Shown piece by piece: positions 12,101 to 23,484 of a stretch of DNA of 64,000 nt (position 1 is its first letter; the number at the start of each line of letters is the position of its first letter). The translations under genes and the position numbers were made by a program. Where the stretch lies: contig NW_003314323.1 in assembly GCF_000143415.4 (NCBI RefSeq), forward strand, positions 872,499 to 936,498, written 5' to 3'. The notes under the pieces were generated by a model. The model did not search any database, had not been told where the DNA came from, and saw nothing but the letters and a program-made list of their open reading frames with translations. Origin of the DNA: Selaginella moellendorffii (lineage: Eukaryota; Plantae; Lycopodiophyta).

Positions 12101-14158
12101 ACATTGTTGATGTTGAGATTTCAGTGAAATGAGATGTCTCTCCATAGAATTGATATTGAGTGTCATTAGTCTCGATGAAAATAGTGTTGATGATTTGGCT
12201 ATGACTTTGTGTTATTGGCATTCGTGCATTTACTAGTTAGCAACTGTCTTGACGTTCACATGAACTGAGTGGCAAGTTTGAGTTAGTTGTGTTCTAGACG
12301 AGATTATTTAGTAGGGGTTGAGATTTGAGCTTTTCCTTGAAAAGTGATTTAGTCATGGACTATACTAACTCTACAAGTGGGAGAGTTAGTGATCAATATT
12401 GGAATATTTGAATCCTTATTGGATTTGAGTTGAAATATATCGATCATTGATGATTCTTCTTGTGCTTGTTATGATGTGAGTTACATCTTGCTATAGATGG
12501 ATTCATGGAGGATCGTTTGATGATCACTTGTTGAGCATAGCTTTGTTATGCTTAGCTTTTGGATTGATGCAGACATGCTCTTCATTAGCTTTGCATTATG
12601 AAGTTTAGATTATAGATGTGTTGAGGAGGATATTGTGGGTTGTACCATGATTTCTTCTTTAGCATTGACGTTAGTCCATGCGAGACTCGTGATCATTATT
12701 AGGCAAGACTTGGCTATAGACTTCTTCGAGCTTTTGGTTATTTGAGTTTTCATGCTCATTGTTCCATTTGTTAGGAGTTGTTGGGGGAAGGCATTTTGGC
12801 TCATTAGCTTCGATGTTGACGTTAGTCTTTGCATCTAGCAATCATTGGTGATGATTGACTATCATCTAAGATAGTTGATTATCCTTGTCAAGAGTTTTGC
12901 TTGATTATTGTTGGTATAGAATGATTTGCTGTTCTTCGGGATAGTAGATTCTTTCTTCGATGATGATTATGCATTTCTCTATTGATAGGATGATTGATGA
13001 TCTTTTATGGTGGTTAGTTGTTCTCTTTGATGGCTTGTGGCTTTTCGCAATATCACATGTTCTTTGTGATTTGCTTTGGATTGGTCTCTTGGGTTTGAGA
13101 CATCAGTAGGATGTTGCTGACACTTGCTTAGGCAACTTCAGTTCTTTAGTATTGTTGACCGGGATCTATTTAGATTGGCTTTTGCGATAATTGGCATGAA
13201 CGAGTGTTTGTTGGTTTTACCATATTCATTCTGTTCTGTTGATCATTGCTTGAGTTAGTTCTGATAGATTGGGATGTTATTACCTTTGGGTGATACATTC
13301 GCAAGCATTGTGCTTGTTAGTCAATGATACTTTGTGTTCTTTGAGTTATCTCTTGAAAGTTGTTATCTTACTGTCTGCTATCTTCGGTAGTTAAATTTCA
13401 TCATTGAATTTCCTTAATGATATACTTGCTATTGAATTTTGTTGGATGGTGCATCCTGTGTTTACCACTTATGATGATCTTGGTGGTTCCTATCCTATAA
13501 TACTAGTTTATCAGATGATAACTTGCTTGGAATACTTTTGTGTCCTAATATAAGATATACTCACTGATAATTAAGACTCTAAGATATCATTGTTTCTGAC
13601 TTTGATATTGTTCATCTATTGATCTTTGAAGTTTGGGCCAGTAATAGGCAGATTGGCTTTGGCACTTTGTGTGCATGTTGAAATCTTTAGTCATGGGGTA
13701 GCTACTGTCGACTGGTCACATAACCCGCCTCTTTGTTGATGTTCCTTATTCCGTTGAAAGGGCGTGACCGTGTAAACAACTCTCACTGCCTGTTTACAGT
13801 AGTCTATCTAAACCTTACCGACGGGTTTGGTTTCTTTGCTTAGGAGGGTTGGGGCCTCTGGCTTCTCTCTCTATGTCCTTGCGGGCAGGGGCATATCACA
13901 CTTTTGTAGTTGGGTGACACCCAGAGCAGCAGGGGTGGTTGACTCCGTTGGTCATTTCCTTGTCGGCGACGGCCAGAAGGTGTCTGAGCTAGTAGCGCAT
14001 CCGCGTTAGACAAAGAGGTTGCCTCCTAACTCATTTAAGTTGGTGCATTTCTCACATAGTGTGAGTACCGTGAACTTTTTCTGGAGTTGTTTCCTTGGCG
14101 GTATTCTAGACTCGAGTATGCATCGACGAGGACGTCGATCTTCCCTAGCGGGGGAGAG

Positions 14159-15277
14159 TGTCGCGCATGTGACTTCAGGTATCGAAAGTTACCTGTCGGC
14201 TAGTCCTTACGGACACTCTTACCTTACTGCCACAATGGCAGGAGGTCGGTATTGCTGAGCCCATTATCAGTCTCCACCTAAGCTAGTTGAGAAACTGGTC
14301 TTCGCGTGTGCACTTGACCAGATGAGCATAAGGAAGGAATTCCTAAGTGTCTATTTAGTCAAACATACTTGACCTGGTTAGAGAAACTCATTCGTTGACT
14401 TGCACTTGCTAGTGTTGGGAACCCCCGCAATATTGAGATTGGTCCCTCAATATTGCTAGATGATAGCTTACCGTGTCTGCCAAACACCCTCGCTATCATG
14501 CCCTTTGTGTTGGTCTCATTTCGGTCCCAAATGCTATTTATGGAAAGTGTCCAGATTTGCTCGTTTGGCATATCTACGGAATGTAGAGATTGTCCTGAAC
14601 ACAATGGTGTTCGTCCCGTGCCCAAATTCGCAATCTAGGGACATTCCATATTTAGTAAGTTTCGAGCTTGTCCCAGAGACTAACTCCTGATACTAAAGGA
14701 GGCTTGGGGTGAAAGCCCAAAGCGTGTGTTCCTCAAGGGGGGGGGGGCTGTGGGGGGTTCCAAATGTATAATAGGGATAGTGGGTAGGTTGGGCATGGCC
14801 GACCAACCTAAGGCATAGTCTAGCTCCCGCTTGCGTGCCTGTCCTTGTTCTGCGTCCGGCTTGGGTCTAAGCCCAAGTTCCATTCCATGCTAGTTGGTGG
14901 AGTACCCATATCCTCACGTTAGGCCACCGGTATGCCGAAATAGCGCTAGACTCCGTTTGGCTCCGTTTTGTGTGCTGGTCTTGGCATTGGGATGCTGGTT
15001 GCTCCAGGACTGTTCCAAGTCGCTCCGGGCTCCTGTCCCTACGCTCCTTGGGCTTTATGCTCGGGAGTTGCTCCGTGGTTCGGTTCTGTCACTCCTCGGC
15101 TCCATGCTTGGGAGTTTGGCACCGTTCCTTCGTTCAGTGGCCCAAGGCCCTGAACCTCAGGTTCCTGTGGACACGTGGCATGTGACACGTGGCACAAAGA
15201 GTGTTTAGGTTCCGCTTCGTGGTGTTATCCTATGGTAAATCACCATAGGATAAAGGGTCAAAACCACGTGCGCTACA
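14159..15277 (+). repeat. 3' LTR (1119 bp)
   Basis: Direct repeat of 8040-9170; PPT on the left, TSD on the right. Confidence 0.97.
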
Positions 15278-15282
15278 ACTTG

Positions 15283-15555
15283 GTCTTAGACTTAGACTTA
15301 GACTTGGATGTAATCTCGGTCTTAGGTTTAGTCTTTGTCTTAATTTTGGTCTCGGTCTCGGATGCAATCTTGAACTCCATCCGGACTCTATCTCAAACTC
15401 CATTTTAGACTTCATCTTGGACTCCATCTCAAACTCTATCTCAATCTCCATCTTGGATTCCACTTCAAATCCATTTCGGACTCCATTTAAGATTCTATCT
15501 CAAACTCTTTCTCAAACTCTATCTTAGACTCCTTCTTAGACTCAATCTTGACACT
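15283..15555. repeat. Degenerate hexamer/12-mer low-complexity repeat (TTAGAC / GACTCCATCT-type)
   Basis: Repeated ttagac, actccatct and aaactc units; produces the spurious LDLDLD and MESKME ORFs. Confidence 0.8.
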
Positions 15556-17081
15556 TGTTATGTGTTAGTCCTTCTTGTATCCCTTTCTAGAGACTTATTC
15601 ATTGATTGCTTCATGTTGTTCTTTGAACACTTCATTGGGAATTCCACTCCCATTTTTTACTTTTCAAGTTGAAGCTTTTGGTCTAACATGTTATGCTTGT
15701 TAAACTCTTGCTTTAATCACTGCTATGTGGCACACTTTCAATTCCACTTTAGAGGCTTAGGGATTTGTGTTTCATAATAGTGTTTTTCATTTTCATTAGC
15801 AATCCTTGTTTGTGGACCTTGTAATGACATATAAATTCATGTTGAGTTTCACAACAATTTGGACTGCAACCAAGACATGTTTGTACAAATGTATTTTCAT
15901 TTTGTTTATGAGATTAAGTTGTTTATGCAGAAGCAAACATAATCTTTTCAAGGGATATAATTTACATGATCTTTACTTCTATTCTCCTTTCAACAATTTT
16001 AGGTTGATTCTTCCATGGCTTGCTAAATAAATTCCTCAATCTTGTGCCTACCTACCATGGCAAAAGATCAAGATACTGCAAGAAAGGTGGTGGAGGAGCA
16101 TCAAAGATTTTATAGCATAGGCTGGGAAAAGAACTTGAGCATCAAAGATTTTGTAGAATAGGCTGGTTTATGATGTTTTTTTGTATCAAAGTTGCATCAT
16201 CATTAATTGTTTTACTCTCCAAGTATTCATGTACTTATTAGAGGTTTGCTTATAGGAAAATCTGAAACTTTTAAAGATTGCTTCATTAGGAAAGTGGCAA
16301 AAAAGAATTCAAGTTCACCCTATTTGTCCTTAAGTTAATTGGAAAGGGGTAATTACTTCCTTATGATTATTTTATCTTTATTGATCCCCTAAAGTTTTTC
16401 AAAAATCCATCATAATAATATATCCAAATCTTATTTCATGATTACATACATTAAATGCTAGTTATCATATGCAAATCTTCATCTTAACAAAAACTAACTC
16501 CTCAACTCAAACCTGTTTCAAACTCTCAACTTATGCTGGGCAATTTCTAATTTAATATAGATATGAGAAATTATCACATTCACTTTGGTATGAAGTTTGC
16601 AGTAATCAAATTTCAAATATAAAATTGTATATTCCAAAAGGATATTGAAGCATGAGTGTCTTATATTATCAAGAAAATTACATAAATTCTAATGATTTAT
16701 TTCTAGCATAATATTGGCAATGGAATCCCACCTAATACTAGTGATCTAAATCACTCCACAGTAAACCAGACTTAAAACGTGATCTCAAAGAACAAACACT
16801 CCATACTTTTTCACACTCAATGAACGATGTGGCCTAACCATCTAGTCTAACTTCTTCTCCTCAAAGGCCCTATAATTTAACACTCTTTGAATCCTTCACA
16901 CTATTGTGTAGCAGAATTCCTTTTCCAGGCTCACATCCAAGCCCTCCCCAGAAAAAACAGGCACTCATACAAGCTCTATCATCCCAGCCAAGCAGTCCAT
17001 AGAACTTATCGCTAGCTGTAGAAGTAGTAAAACTTAAGAGCTTCGAATTTTCCATCTAGGAAGTATACAAAAAAGGCTTTC

Positions 17082-17560
17082 TCAGTCGAACAAGCTGAAT
17101 CCCATGTCCTGCAGTAAGAAAAAGAATAATAAGTGACCGAACACACAAACAAAAAGGAAAGCACTTACATCGTCCGATTCTTCCTTTTCTTCCTTCTTCT
17201 CTTCTTTCTTCTCTTCCTCGGCAGCTGGAGCAGCGCCACCAGTCGCTGCGGCACCGCCACCTCCCCCACCGGCGGCCATCACTGCTCCGCCACCGCCTCC
17301 ACCCCCGGAAGCAAATTTCTGGCTCCCCAGCTGGAGCAGCTCGTTCACGTCCTTGCCCTCCACCAGCTTGTAGAACAGGTCGAGCCTATCCTCCTCCACA
17401 TCCGCGCCCACTGAAAGAGGGATTTTCGCGTCTCTAAACACAACAAACTCGATCGATCTCCAGATCTCGTACCTGAGGCGAGGATTCCCTTGACATCGTC
17501 GGGCGATGGCGCGCCGTTTCCAGCGAGCATCGCCAGGAGGTACGCCGCGACTACCTTCAT
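17082..17560 (-). CDS. RPP2: 60S acidic ribosomal protein P2 (spliced, 3 exons)
   Basis: [15 protein letters not shown]... N-terminus, Ala/Gly hinge and C-terminal EESDD|DMGFSLFD motif; GT-AG introns. Confidence 0.97.
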
Positions 17561-17640
17561 GACGCGCCGCCGCAAAGAAACCAGAAACCTAGAACCCTTA
17601 AAGCCCTAATTTCTTCTCGCCCATAAACCCTAAATTCCTG
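17561..17640. promoter_or_regulatory. Bidirectional promoter with telo-box and site-II-like element
   Basis: AAACCCTAA at 17625-17633 and GCCCA at 17619-17623, between divergent ATGs at 17560 and 17641. Confidence 0.6.
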
Positions 17641-18440
17641 ATGCTGTTATCCCAGAGGCTCACGCTCGCCTATGCGGCAATCGTTGGAGGTAGGCAAGCG
17701 ATCGAGGGATGGATCGGTCGATCGCGTCGGCATTTGATCGGTTTTTCTTCTTGTTTCGCGCAGTGGGCGGCATTATCGGCTATTTGAAGAGGAGGAGCGC
17801 CATGTCCTTGGTGTCTGGAATAGTCTCGTCTTGTCTCTTGGTGTATGTACACACGCAGCTGCCTGTGAATCCAGTGGTGGCTTCGTCGCTCGGACTTGGT
17901 AAGAAGATCGAAGAACTCTCGTGATTTCCTGGCTATTATTCTCTCCACTTTCTGTTCCATGGAAGACTTGGGCTTCGACTTCGAAAGCTGGTTTTGTTTT
18001 GTCATCCTTGCTTACCTGGTTTGGCTGAAAGGTATAGATTTCTTGTTTGAATCTTCGTGCTCGTCACTCGCTCGCCACGATTTTGTGAGATCATTGTGTG
18101 AGACGACTGACTTTTTCTTTGATACTGTTCTTAAGACTTCCGATGATTTCGCAGCTTGAGTAGCATCGCTGGCGATTCCAAATTCCTGTTGGATGTGGAT
18201 GTGTGACTGACTGACTCGAGCACTTCTGCTCCTCCCTCTGACTTGACAATGGTTGCTTTTTTCTTTTTTTTGGTTTTCATCCCAGGAGTTTCAGCTCTTC
18301 TTCTAGTTGCCATGGGCAACCGCTTCCAGAAAACTGGCAAGCTTTTCCCCGCTGGGATCGTCGCGCTACTCTCATTTATCATGACCGGTGGCTATCTCCA
18401 CGGGATCATCCACACTCGGTCACACGCCACTTATACTTAA
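17641..18440 (+). CDS. TMEM14 / fatty acid export (FAX7-like) membrane protein (3 exons)
   Basis: Spliced reading MLLSQRLTLAYAAIVG|VGGIIGYLKRRSAMSLVSG...LPVNPVVASSLGL|GVSALLLVAMGNRFQKTGKLFPAGIVALLSFIMTGGYLHGII, which fits the Tmemb_14 pattern. Confidence 0.9.
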
Positions 18441-19527
18441 AAACTCCTTTCGGCTAGGCTTGAAACGTTCGGTGACGGATCTCTCGCGCTCGTTATAATT
18501 TAGTTTGCCATCGTTTTCTCGCATCTCTTTCTCCCTCACGCTATGTTGGAAGAGCAGGACTCTTCAAAGCTGGATTTGAGTGATTCTCTTTCCACCTTTA
18601 AAGCTAAAGTGTCTCTCTCTGTTCAGTCTCGACGTCGTGGTACTACTCCTTGCTGGATTTCTACGGTAAGCAAAGATAAGACGCAGGCAAACAAAACGTG
18701 GGCTCGCTTTGTTTACACTATTCCCTCCTAACTGCCACTAAACTTTGCGGCGTTTTTCACATTGCAGGTGGTCAGTCGGGCGGTGCACAGGTCGCCATTG
18801 CCGAGATTTTCGCCACGATGCCAGCTCGTGAGAAATCGCAAATAATCGCCGCAAAGCGCGAGGCGTTTCTTCTCTCTTTGAGAAGTTTATGTTTGTCGCT
18901 GCTGTGCATCAACCAGGGGGATACCAACTCGCCAGCCTCCGAGAGGCACTCATTTTCCTTCCTCGGAGGCACGCTTTCTTGACTTTGTAACCTCCCTTTG
19001 TTCTTTCTTTACCTCTTTTCACTGCGAGCCAGCACGAGATCAGAGTTGCAGCCGAGACAAAACTTCTCGAGAACAACTTGGTTGACAAACTCGCGATAGA
19101 AGCCCAGCGATCACATTCCCAGGAACATTCGAGGCAGCAGCTCCAAAGGTAGCGTAATCCGGATCGCAACCTTGCAGTTGGTCAATTTGCGTATGTGATC
19201 GTTTGCTCCTTTCCGGAAAGCGAACAGGAAAAACTGGGAGCGCGAGTTTCTTCTCGGCGCGAAGGAGACAGTGACGATGATGATGGTCGCTCGGTGGGGG
19301 TCAAGTCCTTACTCGAGTGATTGTGATTTCGTGCGCATCATCTTTCGGATTTCTCGATGATAATGGCCGGCACAAGACTTGAAACACGTTTTTTGGAGCG
19401 TCCGTGACACGCTAAAAAGCGGTGGCGCGTTTGTTCCAAGGCCCCTTTAGTTTACAGAAACAAACGTGGAAGTGTTTCACTGTCGCCGTTCTCTTTAGAG
19501 AAGAGACATTTTATTTCAGTGTCAAGA

Positions 19528-19649
19528 GTGTATTTATTGGCTTCGACCATCTTTTCTTTATTCCATGAAAAAATTGCGTATGCTAAGCGTGTGTTTATTG
19601 GTTTCGACCATCTTTTCTTTATTCCATGAAAGAATTGCGTATGCTAAGC
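19528..19649. repeat. Tandem duplication, 2 x 61 bp
   Basis: gtgtatttattggcttcgaccatc...tatgctaagc repeated with 3 mismatches. Confidence 0.9.
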
Positions 19650-19776
19650 GTATGTTTTGGTCATATTCACAATCACAAGTGTCAAACAGAAGAAGAGAAA
19701 AGAACAGAAAAAGAACGAATCAAAATTGTCTGTGATGGTCGATCGATCAATCGATCGAGAGCTTGGCCTCGATTTT

Positions 19777-20929
19777 TTAGTAGATTTGGAGAAAAGACGG
19801 CGGTTGAATCATCTCCCGACGAAGCTGGTGCTGCTTCCTCGGTGGCGAACGGGGCGGAGTTTTGGGCTTGGAAGACGAGACGCTCTCCTTGTCAGACTTC
19901 GCAAAGAGTCTGAGGATCCCAAGAAAAAAAACAGAAAACACTCAGCACTAGATCTGTGCGAATCCAAGTTGTCTACTCACATACCTGTCCTTTCGCTTCT
20001 CGAGGAATCTGTGAAGAGAAGCCTTCCTCGCCTGTGGAAGATCCGCCACTGTAAAAACACCACGGCCCAGTAAGAACGACAGCCAATGAAACGAAGAATC
20101 CAAAACTTACGAGTAAAGGAAGGTATGGAGACAGCGGGCTTGGCGTCCTTTCCGGCGCTCGCGAGGAACTTTTCGGTGTGGGAGGCCGACGAGCACGTCG
20201 CATTTCCTGCCAAGATCATAATCGCCTGGGCCATATCGTCCGTGACGTCGTCAAAGACATAGACCATCCCATTGTAAAAGAGTGTGAGAGGAGCCCCTTT
20301 TGCCACCTCGGCTCTGCAAAGAAGAACAAAAGATCCAAAGGGAAGATGTGAGTGGTGGTCTCTAAAACTCTCTTGATCGATCTTACCTCTCTTTTTCCGC
20401 GGCGAGATCGCTCTGGATTTCGTAAAAGATGGGCCTCACGTCGTCGGTCGCTGCTGCTGCCTGGACACCAATCCGCTGTCGCTTGATACCGACGTCCTGG
20501 ATCGAGCCCAACAAAGGCAGCGTCAACGCGTCCCCATTTTCGGCGGAGCGCGCGCTGTGACACGGCGCGGCTGCATTGAGACCAAAGAACAAATCAGCAA
20601 AGAATGATAGATGGAATGGAACTCTCTCTCTCTCTCTCTCTCTCTTTTGATATTTCACGCTTCCTACCTTTTCGCTTGAGACGCTGCTCATAAAGCTCCT
20701 TGAGATGCACGATGGCACTGGGCGGAAGCTTCTCGGAGAGTTGTATCTTGTCGGTGGAGGATTCCTCCAAGGAAGAACCGCCGCCGCCGCCACCGACCGA
20801 GAGCTTCTTTCCAAACAGCGTCACGGTGTCCGCGGCAGCCGACGATCGCCTCTGCTGCTTCAAGCCCCGCAGCTCGATGATCTGCTTGAGCGTGCGGACG
20901 AGGTCCGTCTCGTTGTGTCCCGCCGCCAT
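19777..20929 (-). CDS. JAZ: JAZ (TIFY/ZIM plus Jas domain) jasmonate-signalling repressor, multi-exon
   Basis: ZIM motif PLTLFYNGMVYVFDDV...AQAIMILAG (20210-20300). Jas motif DLPQARKASLHRFLEKRKDR (about 19985-20045) is split by the characteristic intron. Start and last exon are inferred. Confidence 0.9.
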
Positions 20930-21051
20930 TGCGCGATCGACTGCCAAGCTACCTCGGACAATAGACCAGAAACACGCGCTCTAGACGTCCCACCAGCACA
21001 TCGGCGCCCGAAATATCGCACAAGCCCCCTCGATCTCTCAAATGCAGCGAT

Positions 21052-21126
21052 CAAGATCGCCAAGAAGCCGCGATTCCTCTCAAGATCGCCAAGAAAAGCC
21101 GCGATTCCTCCCAAGATCGTCAAGAA
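21052..21126. repeat. About 30-bp tandem repeat (about 2.4 copies) in the JAZ 5' leader
   Basis: caagatcgccaagaa(aa)gccgcgattcctc starting at 21052, 21081 and 21112. Confidence 0.75.
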
Positions 21127-21997
21127 TCACACAAAGATCCCAGCCAAGAACTCGCTCTAGCCCTCTGGCGCTGGTCGACGGGCCTTAAATCGAGAAGAGG
21201 AGCACACAAGAAAAGGAGGAGAAAGAAGAGCGCCTCTTTTTTCGAAGCTGCACGCTTCCTTCCACACGCTTGCTAGCCTGTTTCCACGACTACTCCACCG
21301 CCCACACTACTAGGACCAGCCAAGATCCCTAATCCAAGCTTGCTTATACAACTAAACCCCTTGGCTATTTCTACCGTCCTTCTTCCGGACGGGAGACGAG
21401 GAATCACGACCTAGCCGCTATTCCACTCCACGGAGGGAAAGTTTTAAAAACCACGAGGTTCACTAAACAGCACGTGGAAAATGCGCTTACCTTACCCCCC
21501 CTTTATTTACATTTCACCCTTTACCTTTCACTTTACCCCAGAGCATATTCCCGACACGGGGGTCGGCTGTTCGACTCCTGTCCCAAGCAGGCACTTTTCC
21601 CACCTTTAAAAAAATATTGTACATTATATTAACTTTTAGAACTTCCCCACCCTCGGAAAAAATTTCTCAAGGTTCTTAACTCCCAAAGTCTACGAGCGAG
21701 CTCTTTTTTTCTTTCGTTTTTTCTTCTCTTTTCCTTCGCAAAAGAAGCTGGAAATCCAAATCTTCGAAAGAACGAACGAACATCACCTACCAGTCGGACC
21801 ACCCAACACTTTTCGCAGCTTCTTCAACCTGTAAAAGCAATCCTTGAGCTCTCTGAAGCTTTTACGTAGGTACCTCAACCAATCTTCCCGTTCCCTGCTT
21901 TGTATCAATCCCCAGCGACGAATCAAACGCCCCTCCAAACCTTCTCTTATTTTCGTAAGAGACCATCACCAGCGGCACCACCCACCGCTACCAAGAA

Positions 21998-23484
21998 TCA
22001 CTCGCAGGCCAGCTTCGTGTCAAAGCTGCTGAGGCAAATCCCGAATGCCTGGAAAGCCGACAGCGGATACCTGTAGTCCATGGTGAACATATCCTTTCCA
22101 ATCTTCCCAAACTGTAGGAGGACCTTGTCATGGTCCGCGTGAGCCTGTTGCCCCGGCTCCAGAGCGGCCACCAGCTGGAAGTTCTTCACAGAGGCCACTG
22201 TAACACGGCCCCGGAAATTGAGACACCAGCACTGGAGTTGATCGTGCCACCTGGGGGCCTTGTTCTTGAGCACAAGCGGGCCGTCTTTGCTCATCACGCC
22301 GCTGAAAGGGACCACGACTGGAGCTGTGCTGCAGTCCGAGACCTTGGATTTGGAGACCGGGAACGGAAGCTGGGCGTCTTCCAGCGGGTTTGCAAACACC
22401 GTTGGAGTGGGGGCGACGCCGCCTGGGTCCATGGCCGACGCCGGGATGGAGTGTATAGTAACTTGCATTCGCCTCGGCCCCCTCGTCCCGAGTACGTTTA
22501 GCTCGTAGGCGATGTGCGCCACGTTGTAACTCCCGGCGGGGACGCGCGGAGATATCTGTTTGGAGCCGAAGCGTCTCCCAACCCTGCTGTTGGAAGGCAT
22601 TGCGCCAACGTGTGGAGGTTGACTATCATAAATCGTAAACTTGGTACCGAGAAAGTTCGATCTGTTCACAGACACAAAGATCAGACACAATGACATCCAA
22701 AAAACAATGAAAACTTTACCGTAATTTCCCAACGTATGAAGTGCTTCCCCGCGAGAAATCTTCCGGATCGAGGGAAATAATGTAATCGGTGGTTGTCGCA
22801 CGCCTTACCTTCCGTGCTGCCAGGAGAAACTTCCCGTGCTCCTGCAAGCCTGCATCAAAGTCTTCCGTACGTAAGAAACCGCAAAAAAAAACATTAAAGA
22901 GTTGACTTTTCTTACTGGGAGAAAGCCCCAAGCACAAGTGATACGTCGACGTTGCCCTGTCTCGCTTGATGAAACACTGCATGGTAGCATCACGCGGCCC
23001 AGGCTGTGAAGAAAAAACAGAAAGAAAGAAAGCGAGATAAATCCATCAGAATCGTAGAGTAAAAGACCAAACAACACCACCTCACCTGTTTGAGCGATAT
23101 GGGGAAGGTCAGCTTCCCCGACTGCTCGGGCGTCTTGACGAGCTCCTTGGCGATGTCTCTCCACTGGCTGCAAACCTCCGCGCACACCACAACGTTCTTG
23201 CGGGCGGGCCAAGTGTGCTCGCTCGACTCCAGCCGCTGGATCACATCGCGCAGGAGCTCCGGGGGCATGCTCGCCCATCTGCTTTGCTGGAGCACCACCA
23301 CGTCCCTCACCGGCGGCTCGTCCAGCACCACGCTGTGCGACCTCGACCTGTGGTGGTAGGGGAGCCGGACCTCGAAGCTCCGCCTCGAGAGGCTGCCGAT
23401 GCCATCTCTGATGTCTTGAAACTCGCGGAGGATGCTCCTGAGCGGCAGGAGAGACGATGAGGACGACGACTTTTTGCCCGACAT
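21998..23484 (-). CDS. TLP: Tubby-like F-box protein (multi-exon)
   Basis: F-box [13 protein letters not shown]; Tub domain LKQ|[38 protein letters not shown]-terminus FDTKLACE. Confidence 0.97.

Larger units (their letters stand above)
8040..15277 (+). mobile_element. Young non-autonomous (LARD-like) gypsy-type LTR retroelement
   Basis: Near-identical LTRs 8040-9170 and 14159-15277 (about 15 substitutions and 2 indels by eye). Termini TGTCGCGCA...TGCGCTACA form an imperfect inverted repeat. Perfect 5-bp TSD ACTTG (8035-8039 and 15278-15282), PBS TGGTATCAGAGG at 9173-9184, PPT GGGGGAGAG at 14150-14158. The 5-kb internal region has no ORF longer than about 80 aa in the track. Confidence 0.96.

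Noticed and set aside
15175-15463. LDLDLD and MESKME repeat proteins
   Set aside because: Translations of the hexamer low-complexity tract.
16096-16166. 30-bp direct repeat with 41-bp period as a CRISPR-like array
   Set aside because: Only two copies, an 11-bp spacer, eukaryotic context and no cas genes; ordinary tandem duplication.
18135-18215. U14 snoRNA
   Set aside because: The TTCGCAG and TTGGATGT echoes are partial and not correctly placed against a D box; kept only as a weak hint.
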